DNA of 64,000 nt from a virus. The position numbers and the translations under genes are program-made. Numbering within the stretch: the stretch's first letter is position 1; the number at the start of each line of letters is the position of its first letter. The stretch covers positions 37,698 to 101,697 of the IMG/VR virus record IMGVR_UViG_3300038454_000106; one strand, written 5' to 3'. Shown here piece by piece: positions 61,256 to 64,000 of the stretch. The notes under the pieces were generated by a model. That model was not told the origin of the DNA and did not search any database. It was given only the letters and a program-made list of their open reading frames with translations.

Positions 61256-61846
61256 ATGCTCCAGGCATTCATGATCCCGTCCCCGCGCATGCTTGGATGG
61301 CATGGTGCTGGGCTTGGCGCCGCCAATGCCAACGTCAAGGCGATGCAGCAGGCGCTCGCGGCCTATGCAACGGCCACCAACTACCCGCTCGCGAACCCGG
61401 GCGCGATTGACGGCTTCATCGGCCCACGGACTCGTGATGCCGTCCTCGCGGTCTTGCCTCGTCTGCCCAAGCTGCCAAGTGCGGTCAAGTCACTCCTGCA
61501 GTATGGAGCCATGGTTGCGGTGATCCCCGAGGTGGCGAAGCATCTCGACGACCTGATCGTGTCCTACGCCTCCGAGATCACCACAGCGCTCAAGCTGCTC
61601 CAGGTAGTGCAGACGCCAGCGACGCCAGGGACACCCACGGGTGCAGGCACGACGGCGACGCCTGTCGTCCCTGCTACTCCGGCCCCTGGGGCAAGCTTGC
61701 CGGCCGTCCCGACGCCAGCCGCAGGCCTACCAGCGACCGGCGCTCTGCCGGCCCCGGCCTGGTACAAGACAGGTCCTGGGATGGCCGCGCTCGGCGTCGG
61801 AGCCACTGCCGTCATGGCAAGCGCGATCCTCCTGGCGACGAGGTGA
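61256..61846 (+). CDS. membrane-anchored peptidoglycan-binding-domain protein
   Basis: VKAMQQAL...NPGAIDGFIGPRTRDAV; Pro/Thr/Ala linker; C-terminal TM; N-terminal MLG...GLG. Confidence 0.7.
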   Translation: MLQAFMIPSPRMLGWHGAGLGAANANVKAMQQALAAYATATNYPLANPGAIDGFIGPRTRDAVLAVLPRLPKLPSAVKSLLQYGAMVAVIPEVAKHLDDLIVSYASEITTALKLLQVVQTPATPGTPTGAGTTATPVVPATPAPGASLPAVPTPAAGLPATGALPAPAWYKTGPGMAALGVGATAVMASAILLATR

Positions 61847-61849
61847 TCC

Positions 61850-62155
61850 GTGCTGGGCTATGACTGCTTTCCGGGCGTCGCGGGTGGCTGTTCCCAACGA
61901 GGGCTCGGCGACACCAAGGACGAGATCAACAATTGGCTCAAGACCGTCCCTGTGGTTGGCTCGGCGCTGCAGTCCGGGCTCGACAAGCTCGTCACCTACA
62001 TCAAGTCGGAAGCCGAGACCGGCGCCAAGCAAGCCATCCCCCAGATCCGGAGTGAGGTCCGCGACGAGGTGAAGCCCTATATCATCGCAGCGGTGGGGCT
62101 GTCCGCCGTTGCAGCCGCCATCGGGATCACTGCCCTGGTGCGAAGGAAGGGCTGA
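61850..62155 (+). CDS. small membrane protein
   Basis: MLG...RGLG leader; C-terminal TM and RRK. Confidence 0.65.
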   Translation: MLGYDCFPGVAGGCSQRGLGDTKDEINNWLKTVPVVGSALQSGLDKLVTYIKSEAETGAKQAIPQIRSEVRDEVKPYIIAAVGLSAVAAAIGITALVRRKG

Positions 62156-62159
62156 GGCC

Positions 62160-62417
62160 ATGCCACGGATCTGGTGCGAGGAGCAACTCGCTTCCAAGAA
62201 AGCCATCGATCCTGGCTCGTATCGCTGGATCCGGAGGGGACGAGCCCGGCTGCTGGTCATCTGCCCCAGGGGTCATTGGCATCCGAGGCGAAAGCCTGGC
62301 AAGCAGTGCGACGTCAGGCTCCGTGCATACAAGAAATATGTGGACCGTGGCGGGCGATGTCGCGTCTACGAGCGCCGAGTGAGCAAGGACTCGCCTTTCT
62401 TCTCGCGCCATCGCTGA
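62160..62417 (+). CDS. basic Cys-containing protein
   Basis: DP.SYRWI......LVICPRG.W......C; GAGG SD. Confidence 0.6.
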   Translation: MPRIWCEEQLASKKAIDPGSYRWIRRGRARLLVICPRGHWHPRRKPGKQCDVRLRAYKKYVDRGGRCRVYERRVSKDSPFFSRHR

Positions 62418-62443
62418 CATCGCTGACTCGTAGGGTGGCTCGC

Positions 62444-62704
62444 ATGACGCGAGAGACGTCGAGGACCGCCGCTGACTCGATTCAGCCTGACACGCAGCGC
62501 CTCCGTCGGCTCGTCTTTACCGCACTCAGGGCAAAGGGGAGCCATGGGATGACCTGCGACGAGGTGGAGGTGATCTGCAAGCTGCGCCACCAGACGGCGA
62601 GCGCGCGGATCCGCGAGTTGTTCGTCCAGTCGCGCATCAAGGACTCTGGCCAGAGACGGCTCACGCGCAGCAACCGGACCGCGATCGTATGGGTAGTGCG
62701 ATGA
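62444..62704 (+). CDS. winged-helix phage DNA-binding protein
   Basis: TS..AA.SI...GMTCDEVE....L.HQTASARIREL.....I.DSG.RR.TRS.R.AIVW. Confidence 0.75.
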   Translation: MTRETSRTAADSIQPDTQRLRRLVFTALRAKGSHGMTCDEVEVICKLRHQTASARIRELFVQSRIKDSGQRRLTRSNRTAIVWVVR

Positions 62705-62811
62705 GACTCCTTGGCTACGTAGTGGCGGCGCTCGCCGTCACCGTTGCCGTGGTCGGCTGTGCGGTGTCATATCAGGCACTGCGCAGGAAGGACGATCGAG
62801 ACGTCAACTGA
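62701..62811 (+). CDS. 36-aa single-TM peptide
   Basis: ATGA-coupled; MRLLGYVVAALAVTVAVVGCAVSYQALRRKDDRDVN. Confidence 0.45.
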   Translation: MRLLGYVVAALAVTVAVVGCAVSYQALRRKDDRDVN

Positions 62812-62829
62812 CGTGATACCGTTGCTGCC

Positions 62830-63567
62830 ATGGTCATCCCCAAGCGAGTAGGGGTCGCGCCAGGCACGACGACTCTGCATCTGGGCGCCCCACCGAGCAA
62901 AGGGGAGAGCTGCATCTACTACGGTCCCGTGAACACGATGGGCTCCTTCGGGCCTCTCACCTCGTATTCGAGGAACGTGTCTCCGGCCATGCCATCGGCG
63001 GCCAGTGCACCCCTGGGACCCGGCAATCCATACGGCTCGGAAGCGGAATTCAAGGGTGGACTCGGCTACATCATCACGCCGACGGGCTACACGCCAGGCC
63101 GGGTGCCCTGGGAGGTCGTAGGGCTCTACACCGACTCGAAGGGCCGCCGCGGCTGCGATCCGCAACACAACGAGCGTGGTGAAGCTGGCTTCTACTACGA
63201 TACCCAGCTCGGTGGGCTCGGTCGGGGCATGCCCACGGATGCACAGATGTCGGTCCAGCATGGCTGGACGCCGACGTTTGGGCCCGGGTACATGCCCGTC
63301 GTCGACCAGATGGTACCGACGGCCGATGGGAGGCTTCTGCCGTTGCCATGGGTCCCACCGGACGGATGGAATCCGGCTGGCCGATCGGGGCCCGCCTCGG
63401 CTTGGGGCCGCAAGCCATCGGGTCTTGGCGAGTTGACCGAGGAGGAGATCCGGGCCAACGCCGACCGCATGTACAAGCTCGCGCTGTACGGTACCGTGGG
63501 CGGGCTTGCGCTCGGGGCCATCACCCTGATCGTGACGCTCGCCCGAAAGTCGTCGTCGTCGTCTTGA
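62830..63567 (+). CDS. Gly/Pro-rich membrane-anchored protein
   Basis: TACCGT 7 nt before ATG; GGLG x2 and SGLG; C-terminal TM. Confidence 0.7.
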   Translation: MVIPKRVGVAPGTTTLHLGAPPSKGESCIYYGPVNTMGSFGPLTSYSRNVSPAMPSAASAPLGPGNPYGSEAEFKGGLGYIITPTGYTPGRVPWEVVGLYTDSKGRRGCDPQHNERGEAGFYYDTQLGGLGRGMPTDAQMSVQHGWTPTFGPGYMPVVDQMVPTADGRLLPLPWVPPDGWNPAGRSGPASAWGRKPSGLGELTEEEIRANADRMYKLALYGTVGGLALGAITLIVTLARKSSSSS

Positions 63568-63579
63568 GACGAGGCCGCT

Positions 63580-64000
63580 ATGAGCATGTCCGCCAACGTC
63601 GCAGAGGCGATCAAGATCCTTCGCACCGCCGAGACCGAGCTGACGAGCGCGGTAAACCTCGGCTACACGACCGCAGTCGTGATCCCGGGTCCCGTCCCTG
63701 CGCCCGAGGAGACGACCATCATCGCGCTACGGGCGACAGGGATCCCGGGTCCGATCGCGATCAAGGCCGTCCTCATGAACGGCGACAAGTACATGGCTTG
63801 GCGGGCAGCATGGGAGGTGCTCATGGCCTTTGCCGGCTGGTGGGGCCGGCAGGCGCGTTGGCCGCTTGGCGACGGTGAGCGTGCCAAGAAAGATCCGACG
63901 ACGGCGGCAGGTATGCCACCGCTGGGCGCTGGGCTCGCGGCGCTGTCCGCGACCCTGACAGCGATCACAGCACCGACCTGGAAGCCGTCCGTACGGCTCG
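63580..64000 (+). CDS. hypothetical protein (runs off the window end)
   Basis: GAGG SD, ATG 63580, open to the end (MSMSANVAEAIKILRTAETEL...). Confidence 0.6.
   Translation, partial: MSMSANVAEAIKILRTAETELTSAVNLGYTTAVVIPGPVPAPEETTIIALRATGIPGPIAIKAVLMNGDKYMAWRAAWEVLMAFAGWWGRQARWPLGDGERAKKDPTTAAGMPPLGAGLAALSATLTAITAPTWKPSVRL

Noticed and set aside
1-64000. Tailed-phage morphogenesis genes, tRNA/rRNA genes, reverse transcriptase or DGR
   Set aside because: No terminase, portal, tape-measure, cloverleaf or RT motifs recognised by eye; they may still lie outside the window or be too divergent

Overview
The whole 64 kb window (GC-rich, densely coding, no host housekeeping, rRNA or tRNA genes seen) reads as part of one large virus or provirus genome. 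The host is probably a myxobacterium (Myxococcota), judged from a Pkn-type Ser/Thr kinase, a TPR protein, Cys-rich-repeat and PD40 lipoproteins, and myxobacterial-style DNA-binding proteins. No terminase, portal, HK97 capsid or tail genes were recognised. Instead there are two adjacent beta-rich proteins (235 and 167 aa) that resemble paired single-jelly-roll major capsid proteins, a possible penton, about 20 small membrane proteins, Arg/Cys-rich basic proteins, a transglutaminase-like Cys-His-Asp enzyme, a thioredoxin and several peptidoglycan-binding or hydrolysing proteins. This suggests a tailless, internal-membrane virus with an unusually large genome. Replication and maintenance genes: UDG-fused family A DNA polymerase, dNMP kinase, Dam-like methylase, ParB, large serine recombinase, tyrosine recombinase and an excisionase-like HTH. 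Main observations: (i) ten copies of a covarying hairpin fused to a Shine-Dalgarno in the 18.3-29.3 kb variable operon, versus apparently leaderless TAnnnT-N6-8-start genes elsewhere; (ii) a recurring (L/M/F)xG or GLG motif in putative virion proteins that may be a maturation-protease site; (iii) a nuclease-less IS110/Nop-type (TasA-like) gene whose start codon lies in a perfect 16-bp hairpin; (iv) two unrelated host-gene fragments between 30-bp direct repeats. All family assignments come from motif recognition by eye; no searches were run.
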